From: Hydrolagus colliei
Taxonomy: Eukaryota
Assembly (NCBI GenBank): GCA_035084275.1
Contig: CM068757.1
Span: 2,666,001-2,730,000 of the forward strand
Length of the DNA: 64,000 nt
Direction of reading: 5' to 3'
Part shown: piece by piece, positions 38,569 to 51,352 of the stretch
Numbering within the stretch: position 1 is the first letter of the stretch
Layout of the letters: each line of letters starts with the position of its first letter
The notes under the pieces: model-generated
What the model saw: the letters and a program-made list of their open reading frames with translations, nothing else
Databases searched by the model: none
What the model was told of the DNA's origin: nothing
Made by a program: the position numbers and the translations under genes

Positions 38569-40179
38569 TTGCATGAAAAAAAAGTGAAAACAGTCTGGTG
38601 AATGTGCTTCAACTGGCACAACTATTGAGTGCACGGGTTGGCTTCTGACAATAAAGGAACAAGCAGGTTTAATGCTTCAGGACTATGAATACCCTTTCGA
38701 GTTTATTCTCAGCCAACTTGGAAAAATGAAATGTTCTACTGTTCTACTCTCTCTCCTTTCTTACAGAATTTTTCATGTCAGGTGGACAGGAAATCAATCT
38801 TGAGTATGTTGTATGACGGAAAACATGTGCACACTTTTAAAGCGACAAAGGTCATTCGCAATGAAGTTGATCAATCATGATATGTTAGTCTCGCCTCCTC
38901 CTACTGCTCCTCCTCACACTCGTTGCTCTTCAAGAGTAGTCTTTCTCTTGCCTGTTTATCCCTAAACGAAAGGATGCTGTATGTGATTTCTGGCTATTAA
39001 AACCGTCAAAAAGGATTCATTGGGTGAAGATCAATGGAAAGGAATTTGTAATGCTGGTGCAAATTTATTTTTAACCTGCACATTATCATAATGTAACTGT
39101 GTGTTGAGGACCTGTGAAAGGCATTCTACAAATATAATTTTGGTTGTTGTTGTCCATTGGTGCTTTTCTTTTCAACTTCTTTTTTTTACTTCTTGTGTAC
39201 ATGACCTGGAAACACTTCCTCTGCTTTAAATTGATCTGAAATGTGAAATCCTTTAGGTTATTGCTATGAGATGGCAGAGATCATCAACCTCAGGCAGGAA
39301 TTGTAGATTGATTGGCTGAAGGCCAGTGTTAAGGGTGGCTTTGTACTGCAGTCCTTTGGTTGTTACAAACACAAAGGGCAATAGTCTTCTAAATCTGTCT
39401 ACGGCTTCAATGGGGTTATAGTCTTACTGTTTGATAAATGGATGGTGTATGCTGGAGGGGTAGTTTGCCAAGACATGGAGCGCCCCTGTAGTTAATAACT
39501 ATAAATAAAACCTTAACAGCTGGTTACTGGGAGCAGAGCTGTTAAGTGGATTGTTGTGTGAGACTTTTTTTTCAGAAGCAATGTGGGTGTTTTGAGAGTT
39601 TTATTTCTGAAAAGCATGGCAGAATAAATAACCTATTGAAAATACACCAATAGTCTTTAAATTCACATGCTGGCAACACTCACATTTTGCTTCCGTGTAG
39701 ATGATCACAATGAAAAATGTTTCCGTGTAATAGGTTGGAGCTTGTGGCGTTTTCTAAAAGAAAAGGCCTTGCGTGAATATCTTGGCTACAAAGGCATTCC
39801 AGTGGTTCAGCGATTACTGGCTCCCTGAAGTTTGTTCAAAACAATCAGCTCCTAATTTAGTCACGTTAGCTCCAAATGCATTTGTCCCAAGTAAATTAGC
39901 CTCCCAAAATGTGTGCATATGTGCAGAATTGCTAACACAAGTGGTAGAGTCATTATACATAGACAATAACATAGAAACCATTATTAAAGAGCTAAGATAG
40001 GTAATAACTGAATGTTATCTTGATGTTGTTTCTTTCATTTTAGACTTATTTTTTCTAATTTGCCCCCCCACTGTTTAATGGCTACTTTTTGCTTGTTTAT
40101 GTTGGACTTTTCCTTGTGATGTACTCCCATTCACTTGCTCGCAGATCTCGGTGAGTGCAGCTAACAAAATAGGTTCTCC

Positions 40180-40817
40180 CAACAACAACAAAATTGCCTT
40201 TGTAGAGCGCGTTGCATGTCGGGAGGATGTCCCAAGGTGCTGAAAGGTCAGGGATCAGGACCCAAGCATGGGGATGGGGCAGAGTTGGAATGAGGGAGGG
40301 CAGAGAGGCGGCGGACCGGCTAAAGGCACAGTCAAAAAGGAAGGTTATGGGTCGGGCTTTGAAGGAGGCAAGGCAGGGAGCAAGGCGAAGGGATTGTGGA
40401 TGGAATTCCAAAGAGTGGGGGAAGAGAGGCTGGAAGGCTGGCCACTGCTAGAAGGGTGGTAGAGGGCGGGAGACATGGAGCAGGCTGAAGCATGCTGAAC
40501 GGAGGGAGCGGACAGGTTGATGGGGGATTGAATTCTATCATCACATGGATGGGGAGTCAGCGGAGCCAGGCGAAGGTGGGAATGATGGGGTCACAGAGCC
40601 TGGTGCAGGAGTGGACACGAGCTGCAGAGCTGTGGATGATTTGCGGCTTGTGGGGAGGCTGACAAGGAGGGAGTTTCCGTAGTCAAGCTTTGAGGTGACA
40701 AATGCGTGTATGAGGGTTTTGGTGGCCTGGGGTTGAGGCAGTGGTGGAGTTGGACAATGTTGTGGTGGAAGGCAGTGCTGGTCATGGAACAGATATGGGG
40801 GAGAAAGGACAGTTGAG
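40180..40817 (-). mobile_element. 5'-truncated L2 LINE (about 640 bp, C-terminal ORF2 plus tail)
   Basis: Minus-strand peptides TAFHHNIVQLHHCLNP and PQSLRLAPCLASFKARPITFLFDCAF match the L2 ORF2 C-terminus, with frameshifts. Stem-loop and (AAC)n tail at 40180. Confidence 0.9.
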
Positions 40818-42607
40818 AGAAAGGTCTAGAAAGTGCATGAGAGAAATGAAGGCTGACTCACTCTAACTTGGTCTTGCCCTGGTTGGCTTATATGAACCTG
40901 GGAACTCGCCATGTGGGAAATTGCCCTTATAAACCTGCATCCTAGCTTTAATTGAAAGTGTCAACCTGAACACAGTCTGTTTTACATCTTGCTAACTGTT
41001 AACTCTTAGTTGCAAACTAGAATTCTATCTTGCATCCCCTAGGCTGGTTTGATGATATATCACTCATGTACACTCGGAATGCAATTGTAGCCTTGTGGTG
41101 TAGCCCTTTTTAGAAACATTTCTAAGTGGTCAGCAGTAGTATGATTGTCAACCAGTGCACATAGGACAAGTTGGGCTTGAAATTGCTTGAGATACTAGAA
41201 GGCGGGCATATCCCTGAGAACCATAGACTAACTTAAATTGGAGCCTTTACAGGGGGATATAGTTGGTTTTTTTTAACAAAAAATACATTTACGAAGCTGT
41301 TAAACTGACCTGAATACGAGTGTTTCATGTACACAAAGGATCCTATAGATTGTGAACTGATGTCAAAATATACCGCAAGGATTATTCAACCAGAAGTAAG
41401 CTTCTTGGGCAGACAGATTACGGATCGAGTGGTTTTAATGGGTTTGGTCTCAGCGCTGGAAATAATTTCTCAAATTTCCCTGGTCATTGAACTGAAATTT
41501 GCTTTCCCTCATCAATAACTGTCACTTGAACTTTTAAGGAAATTAATCCTAAAGAGAAATCAATACGCCATTGGTTTGAATGAAAAGCTGGTCAGAGAGA
41601 TCAAAGTGTTACAACTAGCCACAAAGGAACAGTACGAGTAAGAAATCAGTGAGAGTAGCTCACTGGAGAGACTTGGTGCGAACACGATAATATTGCTTGC
41701 AATTTATTGAATTGCCTTGTTTTTCCGACTTACCAAGATTATGACCTGATGAGTGAGTGGAGTTTTCTAGCGCTGTTTGATCTCAGGAGTGTTGATCTTA
41801 CCTGACTGACATGGTCACCAGTATCGCACACTTTGAAGCAAGTTTCTTTTTAAAACAACAGCAACTCCGATTAGCTCCCTGCAATGCGTGTGCTTCTGCA
41901 GTGTACAAATGGTTGCGTTTAATGAAGAAATAGATCAGTTTCTATCATGCTATCCCATCTTTGTTCATTTTCCCACTGAAAGCAGGCTGTTACTGCAGCT
42001 GTTGTTATGGGGCCTGGAGCTACAGCCCATTGGCTTCCCATTAGGTTGAAGGACTGCACTAGCATCTCATTGCCAACTGCAAAAACAAAATGCCATAAAA
42101 TGCAATTTGATGGTGCCTCTAAATTGTGTGCAATTCAGGAATTTGACATATTGCTTTGGTGTTCTTTTCGTGTAGTGATTTTGCTTCACACCCATGTGCT
42201 GAGGACTTTTGAATTTTGCTGAGCACTTTCCAATTTTGTCAACCAGCGTCAACATCAATCATTCCTTCCTTTGGGTGTGGCATGGGCTCGACGCAGTTTG
42301 ATTTTGCATTTGTTTACTGGCTGAACTTGAACTCAGGACTCAGACACAAAAGGAGCTCATGGTAACTCGCTTCGAACCTTTGCCTTCAATTCCCCACGAG
42401 GACAATCCTACCTTAACACAGGTTCACTTATAACACGATTAGACTGTACATCCTGATTATTCTGCCTGAGAAACTAAAAGGGTCGTCCAAATCCTGTCAC
42501 CATGAATAGATAACCGACCTTGAGGTCATCAGATTGCTGTTGATGCCACTTCCTGTACTTGCGCACTACCTACAGGAAGTACTCCTACCTGTGCTGCATG
42601 AGGAAAT

Positions 42608-42836
42608 GGGGGGCACTCGATAGTCCGAAGGTTCATTAATCCAAAGGTTAGATAGTCCGAACACACAAATTTCCTATACCTGGGGCGATTACCGTGGTTA
42701 CCGCTCGATAGTCCGAACCGACAATGAAATAAGGTTTGTTAATCCGAACATTTGGTGCGATAGTCCGAAGGTTCATTAGTCCTAGGGTTAGGGGAAGTTT
42801 CGGACTAGCGAACCTTCGGACTATTGAGCGGTAACC
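42608..42836. mobile_element. Non-autonomous DNA transposon with GG...CC termini, GATAGTCCGAA subterminal repeats and an 8-9-bp TSD (MuDR- or Merlin-like)
   Basis: GAGGAAAT(G) at 42600-42608 and 42837-42845. Left cactcgatagtccgaaggttc pairs with right gaaccttcggactattgagcg. There are multiple internal (at)agtccgaa units. Confidence 0.85.
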
Positions 42837-44114
42837 GAGGAAATGCTGCTGATGTCAACCTCCCAAGGACAGTGACACCAGTGGTGCTTCTTGAGTACAC
42901 TATACCATGAACAATGCGCAGTGACTGATTTCCATGTCCACAGTAATGAATACAACTGTATGATGCACGCAAATGATCTCAAAGTCTGTTATTGCACTAA
43001 CGTTACTCTTGAATAGGTGATTCATCAATCACTGTTTTGAACCTCTATCTGTTGATGTGCTACCCAAGGTGATTGTGTACCACTGTTACAGAATACAATG
43101 CAACCTTTTTTACTCTCCAGTAACTTTGATGGATACTTTCACAGCGGGGAATAGTCGGTTTGATGCAAATGCCTTTCAATGTCCAAAAGGGCTGTGGTTT
43201 ATTGATAACCGCGGTGAATTCTTCAGCGTACTTCCACAAGTATTGTCATCTGCACTGTGCAGCTCCTCAAAAATGATACGTTTGCTACACGCACATAAAT
43301 TTGATATGTCACGTTATTTGCAAGAGAATCTCAAAATATCATGGTTTGTTGACATTTCAATTTATAAACATTGACAGCTTGACAGGAAAAGCCCGAAATC
43401 ATGAAATCCATCTGAATGCATGGATGTTTGTAGCATTTAGCAATGTCATTTGAGCAGCCCAATTCATTAAAAAAAAGATCTACTGTATATAATATATATA
43501 TAAAGGAGATGTTGTATAGTTGTTCTGAAGATGCTCAGTTGTACAACTGTTGCAAGAAGCTGAGTTGTCTTAACATGTGCAATCGCAGAGCCTGGTAAAC
43601 AAGTGAAAATAAATTATCCATAAGGAATACAGATCCTCTCTGCTTTTACCTTCTCCCAGTGGTACCGTACACAGATTTAACATCCATCTTTCCGTGCAAT
43701 TCACTTTGAAGGCAGCCCTCGTCCACAGTCACTGGAATCATCAGATATACTGTCTCTCAAATAATCCGTGTTCATTGACTTCCACCATGTTTGCTAATTG
43801 AAAGAAAGCCTCTTAGACATGATTTGTATTTAAAATGTTATGTGTGTGTTTTTTTTTTAAAAAATGAGTTTTCAGATTGCTTCCACTTTCAATTTAACTG
43901 TTAGGTTGTTATTGAAGTGGGAACTCAGGCTGACTGCATTTGCTCAAGTAAAGGGCAACATTGAATGGTGAGATGAATGCCTTGCCTTCAATGGCTAGAA
44001 AGTGCTATAAAATAAGCTAAGTTTCGTTTTGAACCTTGAGATTTAGCAATTGTTCAATTATTAGTTGTGCCATTTCAATTGCACTGCCATGATTATAGGA
44101 AGTCAATGAACACG

Positions 44115-44343
44115 GATAACGTGCAATAATAATCTGTCCACAAAAAAACACAGTCATCAAAATTGTTTATTTCAATCTATGACTGTTTGTAGGACATTGC
44201 TGTGTGCAATTGGCTGCCGCGTTTCACCCACAAATATACTGTCAATTCACTTTATAGTACTGTATATTCTGTGAAGTGCTTTGAGACGTCGATAAGATGT
44301 GAAAAGCACTATATCAAATGCAAGGATTAAATTATTATTATTT
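44115..44343 (+). mobile_element. 5'-truncated young Deu SINE
   Basis: gactgtttgtaggacattgctgtgtgcaattggctgccgcgtttcaccc...cactatatcaaatgcaaggatt followed by (ATT)n. Confidence 0.9.
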
Positions 44344-46685
44344 TCATCTGTTAAGCAAGCTTTTCCTTATTCCTGGAGTACAAATCTGAAATACATATCT
44401 CATGCTTGCATTTTCAGAATATTCAAGCATAATCTGTGTTGAGCAAAATCGCTGGTTATTTTGCATGGAGCCCGAGATGGCTTCCCATTTAATAATGCCA
44501 TTTTAGCCAAATACCGGTACGCTAAATAATATAACATAGAAACTCTAGCCAATAATTTACCTGTCAGAGTCTATCGACTTTCTGCAACTAGAATTTTTTT
44601 TTAGAGTGATGAATAATGCATCCTTTGAATTGTTATAATTGAAACTAACAAACTGGTTGAATTCACTGACAATTGTTCTAGTACCGTTGATGCAGCTTCA
44701 AAATTTGCCAGAAAATACTCTCATAACTTTTATCCCTAACACTGTTTGATAGCATTTTCTAATCCTCTGATCAATGTCGCTAGACTTGATTCCTAACTTG
44801 TGGATGTAGCACACACACACACAAGATGGTACAGATGAGACCTAATCTGCAAAGGGCCTTCTTCATGCAAACAAATCTTGTGATAAAATACTTACTGATT
44901 GTATCCTGTTCATTACTGCTACATTTCATGCATTGTTACCTGCATGGGAAAGTGCTGTAGCTGATTTGCCTAAATGCAGTTTTACGGAGTGAATGTGGAA
45001 AAGAGACTAGCTTTGTCTGGTGGGACCCAGGATTTACACTCACGATTCCCACCAGACCAAAGTTCTTCGCCTTGTCATTATGCTCGTCTATCAATCCATT
45101 GCTTGGTTTTAGCGAGACGGGAGGAACATTCAAGGCTGCCATTTTAGGGCCAGGATTGGGTCAGAAAACATTGCTGTAGTCTCTTGCTGGGAGTTGCCCA
45201 TGTCATTGAAGAAGCCCTGAATAGGTAGAAAATAAATAGATTATTTTTACAGTTTGATTAAGTGAGTGAATGTGTGAATTTAAAAACATTCTACTCCTCT
45301 GTGTAATTCTGTGAGAATGATCTTGGTATACATTTTAAAGTACAATGACAAAATTCCAGAAAGTAAAGAGCACTTTATATCAAGGTATATACTATACAGT
45401 ACAAATGCATATTTAAAAATATTTGTCACAAATTCATGGAATGTGAAGTAATGTATTGGAGTAAAGTTTCTTTGATTTCTAGAATCCTGAATTTATAAAA
45501 AGAAAAAGAAATTGAAACCATCTGCTTATAAATATGTTCTGAAAGCATTACAGTCTTGTGAGTCCAAAAGGTGAAGAAAGGTAAAACAAAAATTTGCACA
45601 TACGTAGCATTTATAATGTATTGCGTCCCTTGGCTCTGAATGTTGCAGATTTGTTTATTATTATCCCTGTATATAGCTTGTCGAGCAGAATGCAAAACGA
45701 TTGTGTCATTGATTGGGGTCAAGTGTCAGAAGTCAATCAAATGTAAAAACAAAACTGGTTTGTCAGGATTAAGATGGATTAAGATAGCGGTAAAGAGATT
45801 CTGTGGGGGTATTTAAATATGGCTTGTTTTATTCAATCACATACTTTTCTATAGATTTTTTTCACTGTTTGCAATATTTTAATTGCATGAAGCCTTTCCA
45901 TGCCTGCAATGCTATTGTATCCCTTTCTCATAGAGAACAATGTTTCTACTAAACAGTTTAAAGATTTCAATGGAAACGGTAGAAAAATGCTCGGTAATTC
46001 ACGGTTGTATTCAATTTCCGAAATCCAAGTGTTTCATGTATGTAATCCATTAAAAAAAAATATTGTTTCTATAAAACCTGGGCGTGAGCAGTCGGAGCTT
46101 TGTATGAGTTGGGCACTTTGTGGTTTGTGTTTTTTTTTAACATGTCTGAATATCTGAAACGGGGAAAGCAGAGCAATATATTTTTCACGATTGGAAACAC
46201 AATGGGAACTGCCAAATGATTTGAAGTCAGCCTCGTCTGGTGAAGGAAAAACGTAGGATTATTTGCTTTGTTCATAAAATATTGCTACGTTACTCCTTGC
46301 CTTTTACAGCCGCGATGTTATTGATTTTCTTCGAGTCTTCCTTCCTTCCTCCTCCCCCACCTCCCAACCATCATGCACAGTTGAAAAGAATTGTCATTAG
46401 CTTTAACCATGGTTTCTTATTTCCAAATGGCAATGACCGTGCTTTATGGGATGCTTAACTGACATTGGTACAAATCCACACTGACTCCAGCATGATTCAA
46501 AGGTCTTGACATTTTGAACTGTATATTTGCTAATTCAGCTCCTTCAGACTCTCAAGTTCAGTGTTGCCTTTCAAGGCAACCGTCAGAATCACACGCATGC
46601 CACCAGTTGAACAGAAAGGTTATACATGGGCAGAAAGAGATGGAAACAAAATCAGGAAGGTGTAAAGATGACCGAAGGTATGGTT

Positions 46686-46922
46686 AACAACAACAACAAA
46701 ATGACACTTGTATAGTGCCTTTCACGTCAAGAGCACGTCCCAAGGCGCTGGACAGTCATTGTTTCAGACCCGAGCTGGAGACAAAAGAGGGTGAGGGAAA
46801 CGGGGGTATCCGGAGTGATCGATGGGACCGTCGAAGAGGAGGGTCTTCAGACAGACCTTGAAGGAGACAAGGGAAGGGACAAGAAAAGGCAAAGAGATTC
46901 AGGGATGGAGTTCCAGAGAATG
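46686..46922 (-). mobile_element. L2 LINE 3' end
   Basis: (AAC)n, then gcctttcacgtcaagagcacgtcccaaggcgctggac. The body is homologous to the 29811 and 50895 copies. Confidence 0.85.
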
Positions 46923-47479
46923 GAACTTGCAATTAGCACAGTTATAGCCGACCAGAACAGATAAAATGAGACTTTTGAATACTTTCACCTTCAAAATTAA
47001 ATTCATATTATTCATGACCAGGAATTTATTCTTATTTAAATCCCCCAATGGTTATTTCATCCAGTGAAGACAGTCTCCTGGTTCGTATCCCTTCATGATT
47101 GCTGCCCATTTTTTTTTGAAGCCAAATTGAAAGTGAAACGTTTCTTTGCAACCTATTTCATTTTGCAGAGCATGAAAATGCTGACATGGAATGAGCTGCA
47201 AAAGTGCTTGTTATACAGTGTTTCTAATGCTTGGATTGCAGTGTTCAATACAGCGCCTTAACAAGTTAGTTCTGAAAGGAATTCACCTAATGAGAAACTC
47301 GGAAATGTAGAAAGAGTCAATGAAGGGCTACATGGCAGCAGGACAGCACCACAAACAGCAGTGAAACGAAAGTACAATTAATGTGTGCCTTTTTTATGTG
47401 CGCCTTTTATCGAAGGAGGGCTATCACGAGAGACGGTTCAGGTGAAGAATGTGCTTCAACTCATTTGAATGCATTGCTC

Positions 47480-47780
47480 CAGAACACCCAGCCAACCGTC
47501 CACCCGTTCCATCGTCAAACCCGGGGCACTGGGAGAACTCACTGCTCTTCTAAATCATGTTGTGGGACCGGTTACGTCCATCTAAATCACCAGAACAGGC
47601 GGATGAGCTCCTGCTTAAATGTCATCGGAAGAAAGAGCCTGAACATTAACCTCCATCAATTCAGAACTCTGCATCCTCGGTGCTGCACTGAAAATGTCAG
47701 CCTAGATTATAAATTTAAGGACTGGTGTAGGGCAAACTTGCAACCTTTTGACCCAGACGCAAGAGTGCTGTCTAACTGAC
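47480..47780 (-). mobile_element. Old SacSINE1-like Deu SINE, 5' two-thirds
   Basis: ggcactgggagaactcactgctcttc...gtgctgcactgaaaatgtcagcctagatt...caaccttttgacccagacgcaagagtgctgtctaactga. Confidence 0.7.
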
Positions 47781-48034
47781 ATTAATAATGAAATGTTTCA
47801 ATAAGTGCTTAGAAATTAGTCGATTTGCTTTGCTACTTGAAATTGTAATGTCCGCTTTGTAGTGGGGCAGAGGCGAGAGGGAGGAAGGAAATGTGTTGTT
47901 TTGGGCGAAAAAAAACCATAACAGTATTGATTCATTTATGCTTTTAGAGCAGCGAGATATGAGTGGATTCCCGTAGCTGATGAGGCTGTAGGAATGCTGT
48001 TCTGAGAGAGTGAAAATCCTGCTGTTCAGATGAG

Positions 48035-48217
48035 TGCTGTATGTATCCCTGCCTTGTCCACCCTTTTCCAAGTCCCGCCTGAAAACCTTCCCTTTCGACC
48101 ACGTTTACGGTCACTTCCTCCATCCGGGTTGGAGTCAGGCACCTCCACTGTTAAGCTCTATGAGACGTTACTGTGTGTGGAGAGTACTACATAAGTGCAA
48201 GTTCTTGTTGTTGTTGT
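48035..48217 (+). mobile_element. L2 LINE 3' end (older subfamily)
   Basis: Peptide SKSRLKTFPFDHVY and tail taagtgcaagttc followed by (TTG)n. Confidence 0.75.
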
Positions 48218-49949
48218 ATCTATCAATTTCCTGGTAGCACCTCCCATTTTGGCTTTGGATGGTGGTTGACAGTCATTCATAGAATGGAAAGACTACGTGT
48301 GCTGCTCTCTGACTTCAGACTGACTGATTGCACCAGAAATCATTAGTGTTCATTGGTTAGAGCTGGCATTATAATCTGTAGTAGTGCAGAATTAAAAGGG
48401 AAGTTCTGTATTGTTTGAAGAATCGCAAACAACCATGCGATGTATATCAAGAACATTAACAAATTTTGTGTTAAATATTTTCTCTAGTTGCTCGTGTGGA
48501 CATTAGCTTAATATTGTTTGAATGATGGAACTAGGGCATTGTATGATTCCGTCTTATTTTTTTCATGGATTATTCAGCATCCTCTGTATGAATGCTAAAA
48601 TGATCGACAAGAGAGTTATGTTTCATTTCTTCCAAATGTGCCAGAGTTCCATCTAAATTACTTTGTAATAACAATGTCACAAACGTTGTTTTGTTCTGTA
48701 CCTAAAAAGCATTATTTTGCATGTTAGCACCTTGGGAAAGAGCGTAAAATATTCCTTGGAAAAAGTGAGACCTTCTCTTGAGTTCTCAGAAGAATTGGAA
48801 TAAAAAGTGGAAGTCTTTCTCTTAAAACATGTCACATCTTTTAACGTGTACTGCGACCAATAAAGTTCTCTGTGAGTTCTCAACCCTAAATTCTGTAATT
48901 ACCCCCTACCAAGAAAAGAAAGGACCCCCTGAGGTATAGAATAAATCATCTATGGAACTTCCTTGACTACCTCCCAGAAGGCCAAAATGGGTCGAAACCT
49001 AATTGTTTTTCCCCTCCCCTAACAGAACGTTTAAACCATGTACATAAATCACTATTTTCCAGCATAGAAACTCTTTTTTTTGCGTGTGAGCCAAGAGCGC
49101 ATTTGATGGGATAATGACGAACACAAAATGAATTCATATATAGGTATGGGATATTCATTTGAAATTCTTTTCCTTCTCTTTTATCATTTTGTGTATGAAC
49201 CAGGAGGGAGCCTGCAACACGGGTAGATTTTGCGTCCTGAAATTGGAGGATTTTTTTTTTAAAAAGGCTTGGAGAGGCAGTAGTTTTCTTTTTTGCTTCT
49301 TACAACCCTACGAATGAGTTCTGTGGCGAAATAAAAGTGCGTTCTCACTTTGTAATGGTTTCCGTTCTTACTGTGTGATGGACAGATTTAAGATGACTCC
49401 CCATTATTTAATGCTTCTCCTCCAGTGGTGCATAACCAGGATCTTAGTTTAGCTCTTTGAACCTCAGGAACCATATTGATCTTCGCTGTACAAAGTTTCC
49501 TGGGAGATGGAGCAGGGGAGGGCACAGTGGTGGGCCAGGGGTGGGTGGTGAAGAAACAAACTCTGCCAGTTCACAGATTTGGTTTGGTTTGAAACTCATT
49601 GAATCTTACCAGAGATTCAATTGAATCTTACCAGTGACTGCTGTATCTCCACACACGGGGAGGGAAAAATATCTGTTCACTTACGTATTGGGTGTTTTGG
49701 TGTCGGTTTTCATTTATAAGCCATGTGTTGATGCATCTAGGGGTTTCGAAGGTTAAAGCTTTGCTGTCAGCTCGTTTGTGCTAATCTTGCTCTGTTAATG
49801 GAACTGGCATGACATTAGCAGTTAACACTTGACCAGCAACTGTGTACCTTGACTCTAACAGTAGCATGTTAATGTTAAATTAAATACATTCAATTTTCCT
49901 CCTATTTTCATATGCCGATCGTTTGGATAAGACATCTTAAAATTCCCCC

Positions 49950-50086
49950 AAACACAAAATACTGCAGATGCTGAAGCCTAAAACCAAAAATGGAAATCGC
50001 TGGGAAGACTCAGCAGGTCAGGAATCATTAAGGGATAAGGGAAAGTGAGTCAACGTTTCGGGTCCACGTCCCTTCATCAGAACCTT
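49950..50086 (-). mobile_element. Penelope-like terminal repeat carrying a minimal hammerhead ribozyme motif
   Basis: Reverse complement ggttCTGATGAaGGGacgtggaCCCGAAAcgttgactcac...cctgacctgctgagtcttcccagc...cagcatctgcagtattttgtgttt is homologous to the 16565 and 56324 copies. Confidence 0.8.
50049..50084 (-). ncRNA. Minimal type I hammerhead ribozyme motif with an intact core
   Basis: Stem I GGUU/GACU, CUGAUGA, stem II GGGAC-GUG-GACCC (one A.A mismatch), GAAA, palindromic ACGU in place of stem III and a GUU triplet. Confidence 0.65.
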
Positions 50087-50894
50087 TCTGACCTCTTGTT
50101 TTGGTAGACATTGAATGTTGCTTTTCAAAGAAAACGAGCACAGAGTTCCCACAGAGGCCTTACTCCTGTTCTTCTCCTCAAGCAAATACACCCGAGAAAC
50201 CATATGAATTGGCCATTCATCTCTTTGAAGTTTGGTACATTGCTTATGCAGTTTAGCTGTCTCATTTCCCTACAGGACCACAGCTATGAAGGGCTTTGAG
50301 ACATTTCGACATGAGAAAACGCAGAACCAAGTGACAGTGTTATAGTATTTCACCAATTTAAATGGCAGCTGAGATAAGGAGTCATGATGCAGCGTCTTTT
50401 AAGATTGTAGCTGTGCTTGGATCTCTCAGCTTGGTAATTTTCTCCGACTTTATAGCATCAAACGCAGCAGTCTTCTAACATCTTTGAATTATTTGGCCAA
50501 TCTAAATTGGGGCAAAATTCTTCAAGATGGATTGAGTTGCTGTGATAGGGAGCAGTGACCCATTGCTGCTGTTAAAGTAACAGTGCATGCTGTTCGAAGC
50601 CATTGCTTTAATTGTGCTATCTCTCCTCTGTTCCCTGTAGGATCCCAGTCAATCTAACGTTGTTTGATTAGCTTGAGATTGCAGATGACTCATTTTTAGA
50701 AGTAGATTAATGTGGTGTGACTGGATTTTTTTTTAATCATTTAACTTGATGGGCCACCATCAGCTGAATGAAAATTTACGCAAAGTACGCTATTGATTCT
50801 ATCAGCAGAACTGACACCACCAGCAACCCAGTGCCAAATTTAAGACTCTTCTAATTGAGGGCTCCAAATACCTGATTGTCCTACTGATTGTCCT

Positions 50895-51290
50895 TACACG
50901 GCCCCATCCTACTTAACCGATCTACTCTCCCCCTACACGCCCACCCGGACCCTCCGTTCAACAGGACTTGGCCTGCTCCAAGCCCCCCGCCCGAACCGCC
51001 CCACCATCGGAGGCTGGGCCTTCAGTTTCTCCGCTCCCACCTTATGGAATGCCATCCCTCAATCCCTCAGTTTCGTCTCTTCCCTTTCCTCTTTCAAGGC
51101 CGGTTTGAAGACTTTCCTCTTCGATCGTGCCTTTTGTTCCACCCCGAACTCTTTTACCTCCCCTTCGTGTTTCACCCCTTCCCAAACACTCCCCTCCCAG
51201 CTCGGTTCACACGCCTCCTGTTCAGCGCCTTGGGACGTCCTCCCGACGTGAAAGGCGCTCTATAAATGTAAATTGTTGTTGTTGTTGTTG
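50895..51290 (+). mobile_element. Well-preserved 5'-truncated L2 LINE 3' end
   Basis: Uninterrupted frame APSYLTDLLSPYTPTRTLRSTGLGLLQAPRPNRPTIGGWAFSFSAPTLWNAIPQSLSFVSSLSSFKAGLKTFLFDRAF, CpG-rich, with stem-loop gcgccttgggacgtcctcccgacgtgaaaggcgc and an (GTT)n tail. Confidence 0.93.
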
Positions 51291-51352
51291 ATTGCTTCAG
51301 GTTTATTCAGTTCTTTAATTGTTTCTGAACCACAGTAGACTATTTACATCAT

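Noticed and set aside
40097-40785. Cluster of overlapping ORFs
   Set aside because: This is GC-rich frameshifted L2 debris, not a gene.
42608-42836. CRISPR-like array of GATAGTCCGAA repeats
   Set aside because: The repeats are short, irregularly spaced and switch orientation. They are bounded by TIRs and a TSD in a eukaryotic context with no cas genes.
47381-47779. 132-aa ORF
   Set aside because: It largely overlaps an antisense old Deu SINE.
50888-51265. 125-aa Pro-rich ORF
   Set aside because: It is an alternative frame of the L2 ORF2 3' end.
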